Positions 51,224-64,000 of a stretch of DNA of 64,000 nucleotides are shown here, piece after piece. Position 1 is the stretch's first letter. Every line of letters begins with the position of its first letter. Under the pieces are notes generated by a model. That model was given only the letters and a program-made list of their open reading frames with translations. It made no database searches and was not told the DNA's origin. Source of the DNA: Eledone cirrhosa (taxonomy: Eukaryota); NCBI GenBank assembly GCA_964016885.1, contig OZ024741.1, positions 68,138,001 through 68,202,000 on the forward strand. The letters run 5' to 3'. Made by a program: the position numbers and the translations under genes.

Positions 51224-52930
51224 CAGAGTAATTCGTGGAGGAATGTGTCTGTGAGTGGGGGATATTTTAACATGTTAAAAGATATTTTTCAGCTCTTGTC
51301 TTATACGGAGAAGTGTGTGTGTGTGTTCGTGTGTGTGTGTGTATGTCTCTTTGTATGTTAATGTACGCGTGTGTATGTGTGTCTGTATATATGTGTGTGT
51401 ATGTGTGTGTGAGAATGTGTGTGTGTGTGTGTGGGTGGACCAGTATTTTTTTCCTGGTAAAATGGTGTACATTATTCGATATTTTCAGTAAAAACGATTC
51501 TCTCAATAGAACATCAAAAACCTTAATAATAAAAGGTGTGAAATGATATAGTATTGGCATAATACCAAGTTATGTGTGTGTGTGTGTCCAGATTGTACCT
51601 ACTGAAAGGGGATCCCTTAGGCCTTGCCGTATTGGAATACCTGTGCACAAATATATATCTGGAGTGTGTCCAGAAATTGTATACCTGTGCACAAACTGTA
51701 CACATGTATCTGGAGTGTGTCCAGAAATTGTATACCTGTGCACAAATATGTATCTGGAGTGTGTCCAGATTGTAAGGCCTTGCCGTATTGGAATACCTGG
51801 GCACAAATATGTATCTGGAGTGTGTCCAGAAATTGTATACCTGTGCATAAACTGTACACCTGTGCACAAATTGCACACATGTATCTGGAGTGTGTCCAGA
51901 AATTGTATACCTGTGTACAAATATGTATCTGGAGTGTGTCCAGATTGCACGTACTGCAAGGGGAATTCATTAGGCTTTGCCGTATTGGAATACCTGTGCA
52001 CAAAAATGTATGTGCCCATCAGTGTGCAATGCATGTGTGCGTTTATGTATGTGTGTGTGCCGGCACGTTTATATCTATAGACATCAAAAGGTATGCAAAT
52101 TTGTGTATATTTGTGTTGCACCATAGAACATGTGTGTTTACGTATGTCATTGTGTTTATATGTGGGTAGAGATGTGTGCTGATGTAGGTATGTATGTTGT
52201 GGGTTCGTCTTAGGGAGAAGTGTTTAGACGGGGTCCGTATTTGTTAATAAAGTAAGATTCCTTGCTGATGCGCTGGGTGTGGGTGGCATTATCTTTAAAT
52301 TTGTAGAGGGGAAAGATTCTGAAGCTGGGATGATTTTGGGCGGCACAGGTATCAATGTGTTCACTCAGTGGTATTTTCCTGTATTCCCGTATTTTAATTT
52401 GGGATCTATGGACAGTCATGCGTTGGCGGAGGCTGATTTTGGTCTGGCCTATGTATTGTTCTCGACAACCTGAGCAAGTTAATACATATATCAGATTTTC
52501 CGATGCACATGTGAAATTGTGTTTTACGATAAAACGTTGTCCTTCTTTGAAATAGAATTCCGAACCCTCTATTAGGTTGATGCAAATGCCACAGTTGGGT
52601 CTATCGCATTTTTTTTACTGTGGGTTTCGTTGTTGTGGTTGGCAGTACTTTGGCATGTGTTAGGATGTTTTTCATTGACTTAGATTGTCTTTTGCTCTTT
52701 ATGATATCGTGTGTTCGTAGGATTTGGTTCATTCTATGGTCCTTTTTCAACACAGGGATGTTCTGGAGGATGGTGTCAAAGGCCTCATTGTTGAGGGTGT
52801 TGTGTATGGAAGAGCTTTTAGTTTCGGTTGATTTACTTTAGGGTGTCTAAGGTCCTGGGTACTGAGTTTTAGGGCACGTTGGATTCCATTGTCAATTAGT
52901 GATGCAGGGTAGTCCTGCATCACTAATTGA
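50641..52930 (-). mobile_element. PLE 3' fragment (Neptune-like Cys-rich GIY-YIG, long 3' UTR, pLTR)
   Basis: Manual translation CDRPNCGIC...FTCASENLIYVLTCSGCREQYIGQT...RMTVHRSQI...KESYFINKYGPRLN. The terminus 50641-50815 is repeated at 52946-53292. Confidence 0.82.
51580..52005. repeat. Compound minisatellite within the PLE 3' UTR
   Basis: Modules TGTATCTGGAGTGTGTCCAGA, AATTGTATACCTGTGCACAAA and GGCCTTGCCGTATTGGAATAC in alternation. Confidence 0.85.
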
Positions 52931-52945
52931 CAATATATATATATA

Positions 52946-53292
52946 TTGGTAAAAGGAAAAGAAAATGCTGACAAATTGTTCCCAGTGAAAAATAGTTGAA
53001 TTAGGAATAAGTAAAAATTAGTAATAAGTATTGGTTAGTATTCAGTTTTGGTTTTAAGTTTTTACCGGTTGCGCTTTTCTAATGCTTTTCAAAAATAATT
53101 TTGAGATAGAACAAACATCACGGGCGCTCTATCTCAAAATTATTTTTTAAAAGCATTAGAAATGCGCAACCGGTAAAAACTTAAAACTAAAACAGAATAC
53201 TAACCAATACTTATTACTAATTTTTACTTATTCCTAATCAAACTATTTTTCACTGGGAACAATTTGTCAGCATTTTCTTTTCCTTTTACCAA
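52946..53292. repeat. Fold-back of a PLE terminus, ~165-bp arms, 17-nt spacer
   Basis: 52946-53110 versus 53128-53292. Confidence 0.88.
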
Positions 53293-53327
53293 TATATCAT
53301 AACTCGTGTGTTACACCTCTATTCTTT

Positions 53328-53379
<52 letters not shown>

Positions 53380-53402
53380 CATATATACATATATATGTAT
53401 AT

Positions 53403-53511
<109 letters not shown>

Positions 53512-53562
53512 CACATATATATATGTATATATGTATATATACGTATATATACATATATATAC

Positions 53563-53666
<104 letters not shown>

Positions 53667-53670
53667 TATA

Positions 53671-54594
53671 TCTATGTATATAAAACTGAGGATGTCTGCC
53701 TGTGTGTATGGGAGTTTGAATCCCTAAAACTCGAGAACCAACCAACCGACTATTTTCAAACTTTACACATATATAACTTATGTTACAGGGAGTGTTCCGA
53801 GCAAAAGAATTTTCAAATTTTCAATTCCCTAGGAACCGCATTAGGCGATTTAGCGATCTCTCTCTATAATTCTTAGTCATTCTTTTTATATAGATACATA
53901 CTTATAACGTCACGCCCTTATAATATCTGTCAGTATGTCTGGCTGTCTGTATTACGTCACTTCCCTGAAGATGTATGTCTGTGTGTATGTGTCTGAGTTT
54001 GAATCCCTAAAACTCGAGAAGTACCCAACCGATGTTTTTCAAACTTTACATGTGTATTACTTATGTTTCACGGAGTGTTATTCAGGGACTTAAATACAAA
54101 ATGTTGATCTCCTAGGGCCCGCATTAGGTGAAAAACTGCGTTTTTTAAGCTTTTTATGGGGTTTTTTAGGTGTTACGTCAGACCGATTCATTGAAATTGT
54201 AACTATGTATTAGTCAGTCTCTTCTTCATACCGTGAGCAAAGAAAATCCAATTTTTTTTATGGCCTAGGGCCCGCATTAGCTTAAAAACTTCATTTTTTC
54301 AGCTTTTTAGGGCTTTTTGGGGGCGTTACGTCTAGCCGATTTTCCCGAAATTTCAAACCATATTATGCACATAAAAAAATTTCATTTTCTTTACCCCCTA
54401 GGGCCCACATTAGGTGAAAATCTGAATTTTTCCTGTTTCATCGAGGAAAATCTTAAAGATTATCCAGCCATCAGAGTATTGTGTTTATTTTCTTGACATA
54501 TTGTCCAGGCATGCAGTTTTTCCACGATTAGGTCTGTTGGCGGCCCGCGTTCCAAAAATAGCTTATCCCGTGCAACGCCGGGTACCACTGCTAG
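53671..54594 (+). mobile_element. Non-autonomous Helitron
   Basis: 5' A|TCTATGTATATAAAACTG; 3' hairpin CCCGTGCAACGCCGGG then CTAG|T; no TSD; internal duplications. Confidence 0.8.
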
Positions 54595-54649
54595 TATATA
54601 TATATATATATATAAACGTTTGTATATATATATACTAGCAGTGGTAGTA

Positions 54650-54958
<309 letters not shown>

Positions 54959-55117
54959 TTCAATTTAATGTGTTAAATAGTGATGAAGGAACGTAACTGT
55001 TTGCTACAAAGGCTAGACTGTCGTCATTTATATATGTATATATCGTGACATTTTTGTTCGAAATTAATTGTCGCAGTGAGTATAGAATAGACAAAATTTG
55101 TTAGAGTTCTCAAACAA

Positions 55118-55500
55118 TTCTTCTTCTTCTTCGCCCACTATATCCTGAGAGGGTCGTCGGAGCAGGGTCCTGAAACTCTCATTTCATTGGGTCCTGTCAA
55201 AAGCAACCGTCTCCAATTGATTCAGTTGGAACCCCAAGCGAGACCAGCTAAGCTCATGGGGTCTACTCCTGGGTCTCCTGCCGATTGGTTTTGCCCGTAA
55301 AATTTGTCCAGCGATTCTTTCCTGAGACATTCTAACCTCATGGCCATAATATCGGAACTGTGATCTCTCAATTCGGAGAAGTAACGTCTCTACCTGGAGT
55401 GACTCTGATTTCCGAGTTACGCACTTTATCGAGTAATGTTATTCCAAAGACCTTTCGGCGGAATCCCATTTCAGCCGCTTGTATTCGCGATCGTGTTCTT
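55118..55500 (-). mobile_element. RTE-clade LINE 3' end, second copy
   Basis: Homologous to 40855-41140; upstream translation RIQAAEMGFRRKVFG. Confidence 0.75.
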
Positions 55501-55664
55501 AAAATGCAGAAACAGCGTCTTCGACAGCGTGCGTAGTCGAATGTATCAATGCATGCACTAGAGCTTATTTGTTTTCAAGCTGAAGATTTATGCCGTCACT
55601 ATACATATTCTCTCGCTAATTACGATCCTATAGGCAATAAGAATATGAACTCATCATATATACA

Positions 55665-55830
55665 AATTGGCAGAGTTGTTAGAACGTCGGATAGAATGTT
55701 TTGCGATCTTCGTTTCGGCTCTCTTCTCTCTGACTTCAAATCCCGCCGAGATCAACTTTACCTTTTATCATATCGAGGTCAATAAAACAAGTACCAGTCA
55801 ATTAATGGCGTCGATTCTTCTTATTTTTAT
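55665..55830 (+). mobile_element. Same SINE family, older and diverged
   Basis: TTCAAATCCCGCCGAGATCAACTTTACCTTTTATC core. Confidence 0.6.
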
Positions 55831-56907
55831 CCCTTTCTCTTTCCCACTCTCAATCATTCCTTGGAAGGAATCTGCTGTGTTCAAAACTGGAGAGGGATGG
55901 GGTCCGGCTGGCTTAAAATGCTCGAGAAACGCTGTATGCCCCTACGGCGCCCCTACGATTCCATCAGAAGTAGTTGCGCGACCATATCGATATATATATA
56001 TATATAAACTATAATAAAGTAAGGAGTGCGGGACTGCATCCAGAATATATTTTTTTATCCCGTTTGTAAAATAAGTTGGATTACTTTGAATAAATAATGA
56101 ATGAATATTACATAATTTATCTAGTAAATTTCGTAATTGTTAATTAAATATAAATAATATTGTTGCTTATTTTAAGATTCACTTCTTTAAAATTTTCAAA
56201 TGTCAACACTTCTAGTTAGCGATCGCTTAAATAAACATTCATATATTTCCGTCACTAATTTTCTCCTAATGCAGTTTATATATAATATCGTCTTTTTTTA
56301 ATGTATCATGGATTACATTACTGATTACATAAGACAATGTAACACAGTCTTCATTCAATGTTTGTGTATATTGTCAATTGCTATTTTATTTGATGTATCA
56401 TATCTACATGCATATATATTTGCGTATAATATCAATATGTACATTACACATGCTAGCAGAAATTCACCCGAAGGGTGGTTTTTCTGCTAGTATGAATAAT
56501 AGCTGTAAATTGACGTTTTAGCTGTTGTACAGCTAATACTATTCAATTTATTTGAGGCAATCACAAAGCACTCACTGGATCGAAAGTTAAAAACATTAGG
56601 TCCAGAGCAAACAATTTAAAGTGTGACACCAAGAAAACCGACCGAGAGCACAGCCATACATATAACACAACGGCGATAGGTTTAAACTAACCTGGAACCA
56701 TCTCTGGTTGATTAAAATCGATATAATCGATAAAATCAAAAATAGGTTTTGGGGACCCCTGGGAGTTATATAACAAGTTATATAAAGCACATACAATACG
56801 GGTAATACATGTGTGTACTTTTACGATCGAACTGGTGTCCTGTCTTCTGCAGGTTTCGCCCTTATCCAAATCTCGGTATGGTGACAGATTTAATACCACT
56901 GTATATG

Positions 56908-57016
<109 letters not shown>

Positions 57017-57534
57017 ATATATATATATATACATACATATATATTTATATATATATATATACATACATTCCCTTATTCATAATCACTCGTGATACATATA
57101 TCTGTTGTGTTCAAGATTACGTAGTACAGTGACCACCAAGCCGCCTTCATCAGACAGCACCATAGGTAATACGTTTGACTGATACTTTTATTAATTTAAT
57201 GTAATAGTCCCTTTTACATACCTCTGTATCGGGTAAACGTCATCGGTTGTTGTATAGGATACACATTTCCTCTCATGTCACAATATGACCAAGATCAGTT
57301 TTGTTGCACAAAACAAATGAAGAGCAAAGTTCATAACTATTTTTTCTGGTTTCCGTTCATTTCGTGTGGGCACTCATTTTTTAAGTTACTTCGAATTTTC
57401 AATTCGGGTCAAATGTTCGGAAATTGTTCCAATCTTTAAATCTAGCTTATCTGCAAGCTCTCGAACAGTTGTGGAAGGATTTACTTCCACCGAAGCCTTC
57501 TATTCCTCGTTCACAACTTTCCTTATATTTAAGA

Positions 57535-58630
57535 CTAGCAGTAAAGCCCGGCGTTGCTCGGGGTCGCTCAGTAGCTGTGTTAAAGTTACAATGTTAAGTT
57601 TCTTTCTTGGCTTAAAAACTGTAGTGTCTACTGTGCAGACTTGCATGTGGTGTTTTTGATTAATATTCCCTCAACCAACAATATGCCTTATGAAGTTAAG
57701 AAAACATAACGATAACCCGAATGTTATAACAAAAGAGGATGCTGGGGATAGAAACTGCACTGGTTATTTATTAACAAAGATCGAAAATGTAAACACTGCA
57801 ACGCAGAGAAAAACATTAGCGTAACCAAATTATCAGTTATGTCTGTCTGCACGCCTATATCACCTCTCTGCACGACTGTCTGTCTGCACGCCTATATCAC
57901 CTCTCTGCACGACTGTCTGTCTGCACGCCTATATCACCTCTCTGCACGACTGTCTGTCTGCACGCCTATATCACCTCTCTGCACGACTGTCTGTCTGCAC
58001 GCCTATATCACCTCTCTGCACGACTGTCTGTCTGCACGCCTATATCACCTCTCTGCACGACTGTCTGTCTGCACGCCTATATCACCTCTCTGCACGACTG
58101 TCTGTCTGCACGCGTATATCACCTCTCTACACGACTGTCTGTCTGCACGACTGTCTGTCTGCACGCCTAACGACGAAATATTTGCTTGTTTTACGTAGTC
58201 TTTAAATAGACTTGTTTTCAAGTAAAAATATTGTTTTAAAATGCTTTTAAATGGAAATGAAGGAAAACGGAAGCTTAGTGTTCGAACTGATGAATTTTGC
58301 AGGTCAATATTTTGCTGGCTCGACAACTGTTCGTGTATTGTGTTAATGTCATTTTAAACGCTGAGAAAGCCAGCGTAATTTTTTACGTAAGACGCTCAAT
58401 GTAAACAGAACAAAGGGAAATAACTGATAACTTACGCTCAAAAATCGATACATTATATTCGATTTCGTCACATAGGGTGGGTCAATTTGAAATATTTTTT
58501 TTCCGATGTCTTCGCTAGGGTTCAATGTACAAGTATAGCAATTTCGGTGCAATTCCGTGAGAGATTCTAAGAGGAGATGTGTGCCAAAAATCGATAGACA
58601 GACAGACAACCACAGTTTTATATATATAGA
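57535..58630 (-). mobile_element. Non-autonomous Helitron nested in the mariner
   Basis: Minus strand: A|TCTATATATATAAAACTG ... CCCGAGCAACGCCGGG...CTAG|T. Confidence 0.82.
57840..58170 (+). repeat. 37-bp minisatellite (~9 units) inside the Helitron
   Basis: Unit TGTCTGTCTGCACGCCTATATCACCTCTCTGCACGAC. Confidence 0.95.
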
Positions 58631-59245
58631 TTGAATTCAGCAAAATGAAATTTTTTAAACCAGCGTTGCACTCTACATTCATTAACATTTTCTTCGTCCC
58701 AAACTTCATAGATGTTCTTAACCGTGTGCTGCACTGCAGCCGAGGTTAAACTCATAGAAATACATTTGGCGAAAATCCTGTTAAGACATCTTAAATTCAA
58801 ATATCTGAAAGATGAAAAAAATGAAATTCGTGTTAACAATAGATGACATAGCAAATAACAGCAAAGAGAGATTATGAAATAAACTTTAAAATGATACGTT
58901 GCAACAGATTTTATTTCTTTCAAATATTGAAACAAATAAAAACATAAAATCTGAATTAATTTCTGAGCAATTTAATTCATGTATATAGATATACACACAT
59001 ATTTATATTCACCATATTTATATATAGTGTTCATATAACATTAAATTGTAGCTTCACGTGAATATATGGTATATGTAAACCCGTTCTGTATAAAAGGAAA
59101 CTGCAGCTATGTATAAATAAATTATGCACACGTGAACTGAAAAGGTGAGCTTAACTTTGTTAATAGTCAATTGAATATTTAAGCAAATATATATATATAT
59201 ATATATTCTCCCCCTCTCTCTCTAATATAAATATTAGAAATATAT

Positions 59246-59279
<34 letters not shown>

Positions 59280-59340
59280 TTCTAATATTTATATATAATT
59301 ATACACACAAGCATATATAAAAAAAGAAAGAGGGGGGAGA

Positions 59341-59418
<78 letters not shown>

Positions 59419-60132
59419 ATATATTGGGAGAATGAGCTTTTTTATGCCATATAATATAAATAAAAACAATATGAATGACTCAGAGACTGGTACCTGAAGA
59501 ACTGAGAAACTTTTGACGGCGGTCATATATATGTTTTTGTTGTTTTAGTTTTTGGTTTACTTACACAAAGCTTTATTCATTTCTTTACATTACTCTACTC
59601 TCTGTAGTCGGTGACTACAACAACAATAAAAAGACAAGTAATACACAATAATAATAACAATAATAATAATAATTATTATTATTATTATTATTATTTATTT
59701 ATTTATTATTTCTATTATTACTATCATCACCATCAGATTAATATTAATAAAAAGAAGTTTGTTTACTTAAATAAACAAATAAATAAATAATAATTTCTTT
59801 TATTCTCACAATGAGAAGTTGATATTGACTTCTATGAAAGCGGCTATTTTTTAGTGTCTACTTGCTGTATTGGTTAAATTGAGTGTATAATACGACAATA
59901 GAATGAATATTCCCAACAAGGTACATTTAAAATACATATTATGATGCCACTGAGGTAAAACTATTTATCTTTTTTACAATATACATTTTGCCTTTCCGTC
60001 TCTTTTATACTCAATATCAAACCAAATGAACTTTTTCTTCACACTCTTTATCAACTTATATTTATTATTTTTATTCAAATATTTTAATCTTTTTATGTGG
60101 TTATGAATTTGTATCGGTAATTGTTCGCTTTC

Positions 60133-60393
60133 ATTGTACCGTATAGCACAACAAATACATGTTCGGTTTGTCGAATGCTTTTTTACTTAACCCTATCGTC
60201 TTGGCTTTCGTGGGTTGAACATTTTTCTCTCAGGCACCCTGGTAATCTACGACGAATTTTTTTTATAAGCACAAAATGTAGACACCATCCCCAGGCCGAG
60301 GTATTCCGTACTTCTCTGTACTGTTTTCGAAAGGAGGGATAAACATGCCAATCTATGTTTAGAATCCCGAGCAACGCCGGGCCATTCTGCTAG
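60133..60393 (+). mobile_element. Helitron 3' fragment
   Basis: CCCGAGCAACGCCGGG...CTGCTAG|T terminus; the 5' boundary is uncertain. Confidence 0.6.
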
Positions 60394-60404
60394 TATTTAT
60401 TATT

Positions 60405-60582
60405 TGCAGTATCGGTAGAGGGTCGGATACCATGCTTTCTAGCATAGTTACGTCCCTTTATGATCTGAGTTCAAATCCCGCCGAGGTTAACTTTGCCTTT
60501 CATCCTTACGGGGTCGATAAAATAAAGTACCAGTAATGTACTGGGTAATTGCTGGCCTTGTGCCTAAAATAGAAACAATTAT
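60405..60582 (+). mobile_element. Same SINE family
   Basis: Close match to 36567-36760. Confidence 0.8.
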
Positions 60583-60819
60583 TTTTATTCAAACATTTTA
60601 ATCTTTTTATCTGATTATGAATTTGTATCGGTAATTTTTCGCTTTAAAATCAAAAACAACTTCCCGTTATTTCTATGAATGAAACCGAGGTGTGTTTTTT
60701 TTATTTTAGAAATATAATCGTAATCTTCACTTTGAAAATGTCTCTCAGCAAAATATGCATTAATAAGAAAGTTATGATGGAACAATTTGGATAAAGGGTA
60801 CTAAGCTGTGGCTATATCG

Positions 60820-60904
<85 letters not shown>

Positions 60905-60908
<4 letters not shown>

Positions 60909-61790
60909 TACTTGGGGAGGGTCATATTTGTGTAATATTGCCAGAATTAATAACAGAACACACTCACTGTTTGGTTGGTTTTCGCTTCTCGCTTCTGTGT
61001 CTTTTATATCGGTAATCTAACTTACCCGGTCCTCAATGTTGCCATTGACTGACCGACGGTCAAAAATAATACAGATACAATATAGACACAAACACATATA
61101 TATAGTTTATCATAAATCTTTCGTTGCATATCTGCAACATCGTCAGTGGTGCTATCTTTTCCTCCTGTTGTATTGTATGTCTACGCCATTTTTATTCAGT
61201 CTGTCTATATATTTATTTATTTATTTGCTTGTTGAATGGAATAACAACAACACCCAAACAAACAACACTGACCTAAGAGAAGTATAAATAAGTAAATAAA
61301 ATAAAATAAATAAATAAATAAATACATACACAAGCACAATAACAACAAGCACATAAACACACACTAGTCACCCATCACACAGCAAACAAAACACTATACA
61401 CACACGCAAACGCATGCGCAAAGAAGACAAAATAAAATAAACAAACAAGCAAATAAATAAATAAATATATAGACAGACTGAATAAAAATGGCGTAGACAT
61501 ACAATACAACAGGAGGAAAAGATAGCACCACTGACGATGTTGCATATGTGCAACGAAAGATTTATGATAAACTATATATATGTGTTTGTGTCTATATTGT
61601 ATCTGTATTATTTTTGACCGTCGGTCAGTCAATGGCAACATTGAGGACCGAGTAAGTTAGATTACCGATATAAAAGACACAGAAGCGAGAAGCGAAAACC
61701 AACCAAACAGTGAGTGTGTTCTGTTATTAATTCTGGCAATATTACACAAATATGACCCTCCCCAAGTATAACAATATTTGTTTCGACACA
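60905..61790. mobile_element. PLE remnant: 3' UTR/pLTR (+, 61233-61790) preceded by an inverted pLTR (60905-61232), in (TA)n
   Basis: Inverted arms of about 330 bp; sequence matches about 28835-29393. Confidence 0.88.
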
Positions 61791-61855
61791 CATATATATA
61801 TACTATATATATATATATATAATAGATATATATATATATACATACACTAACACAT

Positions 61856-61918
<63 letters not shown>

Positions 61919-62763
61919 AAGTTTACCGAGCTAACGGTTTAAATTCCGTCTAGCCCTGCCGTATTTCGCAGTCTTTCTAGCAATTTCTTTCCTTACACTC
62001 GTTAATCCACAATGTTCTGTTTATATAAGTATATATAATGCAAAGTAGCTTTCTATAACATTTCATTTGAAGAGTTATATTTTCTTACTGTTTCACATTG
62101 TGTCATGCTGAATCTCTGAGAATTTCATTAATATTACATATATCTGCGGAGTATTCGATCACTTTCATGTTACTTTTATGATCAGGATATTCAATTAATC
62201 AAGCAATTGGAACACTCATCCTCACAACCGATGAAGATCCATTCCAGTGAGTCCATATGACAATTTATGAATGTGTGAGCGCGCGTATATATGTGTTTAT
62301 GTTAGACAGTTTGTGCCTGTGTGTATCAATGTGTATGTACTCCCATGTGACTGACTGTTTATGTATGTTTTCTAGGGATGTACAAAAATACGTATGTATC
62401 AGTCTGTGTGTGTGTGTGTGTTTGTCTGTGATTGTCAGTATGTGGGTGTTAGAGGGTATGCTAGTAATACATGCATCAATGTGGTTATATATTATTGTGT
62501 GTCAGTACTAATATGTCAGTCAGTCTGTACGTGTATGTCAGTACAGTATTAAATGTGTATGTGTATGTGTATGTATATATGTGTATTTGGTTTCTAAGAC
62601 GAAACAATTTTAATTTCTTTCTCTGTAAGACAGAAATTCTGTTTTGACTGAACTCGTAAAACTAACTTGGAAGACGGACGACGGATCGGCAGCGTGTAAC
62701 ACACACAGACACACATGACATGTACATTCATGTGTTCAGTGGAGTGTATGCTTTTATGTTAAT

Positions 62764-62926
62764 ACCGTGAAATTCCGTTATAACGAAATTTATGCGGTAT
62801 AAAAAAATTCGTTGTTATGAAAAATTCTTTATAACGAGATCGACAGTGTGGAAAGGGGTTGAAAAAATTTCGTTATACTGAAAAATTCATTATAATGGTA
62901 TTCGTTATAACGGTATTTTACCTGTA
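62764..62926. mobile_element. pogo/Tigger-like MITE
   Basis: Imperfect TIRs with repeated CGTTATAACG; TA flanks. Confidence 0.55.
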
Positions 62927-63000
62927 TATAAATGTATATATAAGCAGTAGTATATTTGTGTGTGCGTAAGTGTGTGTGAAGGTATATTAAAAACCATATA

Positions 63001-63210
63001 CAGGGTGGGTCAAAAGTTACTTCTTATTTATTTTTCCTATTGATAAAACATTACAAATTAACTCAAAACTAATTTTTATATCTTTAAATTAAATTTTATA
63101 ATTGAATCTTGTTTTGATTTAACTTTAATCTGAAAGAAAAAATATATATTTTTTCATAATAAAAATAATTATGATTTTTTTAAATAGGAAGTGACTTTTA
63201 GCCAACCCTG
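63001..63210. mobile_element. Tc1/mariner MITE, 210 bp
   Basis: TA|CAGGGTGGGTCAAAAGTTACTTC ... GAAGTGACTTTTAGCCAACCCTG|TA. Confidence 0.8.
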
Positions 63211-63523
63211 TATTAAAAGATTTAAAAGGAAATTTAATGTCGATGTAATTACTTTTGTTGTTAATTAGAAGACTTCGTTGGCCGGACGTAAGTTGTTTTT
63301 CTCCTGATGGGGGCATCTCCATACTTTTTTATATATTTGTTATCTATCCTTGTTTTGCTTCCACAATCGATTCGGCATAACCGCCACTCCTCGCCACACA
63401 CACAGACACACACACACACCCACACCGACACACACACACACACTCACAGTATGTAATGTCTTTCTCACCCTTCTAGCAAATGAAATAGCCTACGTTAGAA
63501 ATTATTATTATTTGTGTTTTTCA

Positions 63524-63695
63524 GGGTGGTGGATTGGCATTATCGGTAGAGGATCGGACGCCATGCTTTGCAGCATAGGGTTACGTCCCTTTACAGACTG
63601 AGTTCAAATCCCGCCGAGGTTAACTTCGATAAAATAAAGTACCAGTAATACACTGGGGTAATTGCTGATCTTGTGCCAAAAGTAGAAACAATTAT
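63524..63695 (+). mobile_element. Same SINE family with a deletion in the core
   Basis: Head and tail match; GCCTTTCATCC...GGGG is missing. Confidence 0.75.
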
Positions 63696-64000
63696 TTGTG
63701 TTTTCCTCATCCTTCAGTTTTGTCTCCTCTTCTAGCTGAGTGTCTCACCGAGACCTAAGCAAAAACAATTCACTGCATACAAAATAAAATAAGCGACAAA
63801 AATAAACACACCAGATTGTTCACGTCATGTACTTTACAACGTTACCAGTATGTCATTTGCTTTATACATGAGCACATTATCTGTTTAAAATCATATTTAC
63901 ACCAGAATGATAAACAATTATAAAAGAGTGCACGAGTTTCGACTACATCACTTGGTGCACTTCCATATTCCTGAGATGTGCAGCCTTGTGTGTGTTTATT

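Larger units (their letters stand above)
57200..58980 (-). mobile_element. Decayed mariner transposon interrupted by a Helitron
   Basis: VKNIYEVWDEENVNECRVQRWFKKF..EFNL (about 58631-58750) continues below 57534 as VNPSTTVRELA...ISEHL, a WVPHE-like motif, and IVT...ILYNN. Confidence 0.72.

Noticed and set aside
63700-63770. Possible minus-strand exon after TTTTTGCTTAG
   Set aside because: All three frames hit a stop within about 16 codons and there is no supporting context.

Overview
Eukaryotic, AT-rich, almost entirely repetitive DNA. The dense (TA)n/(CA)n/(GA)n microsatellites and the tRNA-derived SINE type suggest an invertebrate, probably a cephalopod mollusc (inference). I found no supportable host protein-coding gene, and most ORFs in the track are microsatellite or antisense artefacts. 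(1) Positions 1-15.9 kb form a contiguous array of six non-LTR retrotransposon insertions: four Tx1/L1-type (APE endonuclease) and two R4/Dong-type (RLE endonuclease). Every junction except the one at about 9100 is an (AAT)n/(ATT)n tract, and the two clades sit in strictly opposite polarity relative to that repeat. (2) Positions 16-64 kb hold remnants of several Penelope-like element (PLE) families embedded in (TA)n tracts. Many are fold-back structures and carry minimal type I hammerhead ribozyme motifs, including a non-coding 455-bp tandem array with one hammerhead motif per unit (retrozyme-like). Also present are about nine copies of a Meta-domain-like SINE whose 3' tail resembles the Tx1 3' end, a full-length decayed Tc1, MITEs, non-autonomous Helitrons (one nested in a mariner), and RTE and Ty3/Gypsy remnants.
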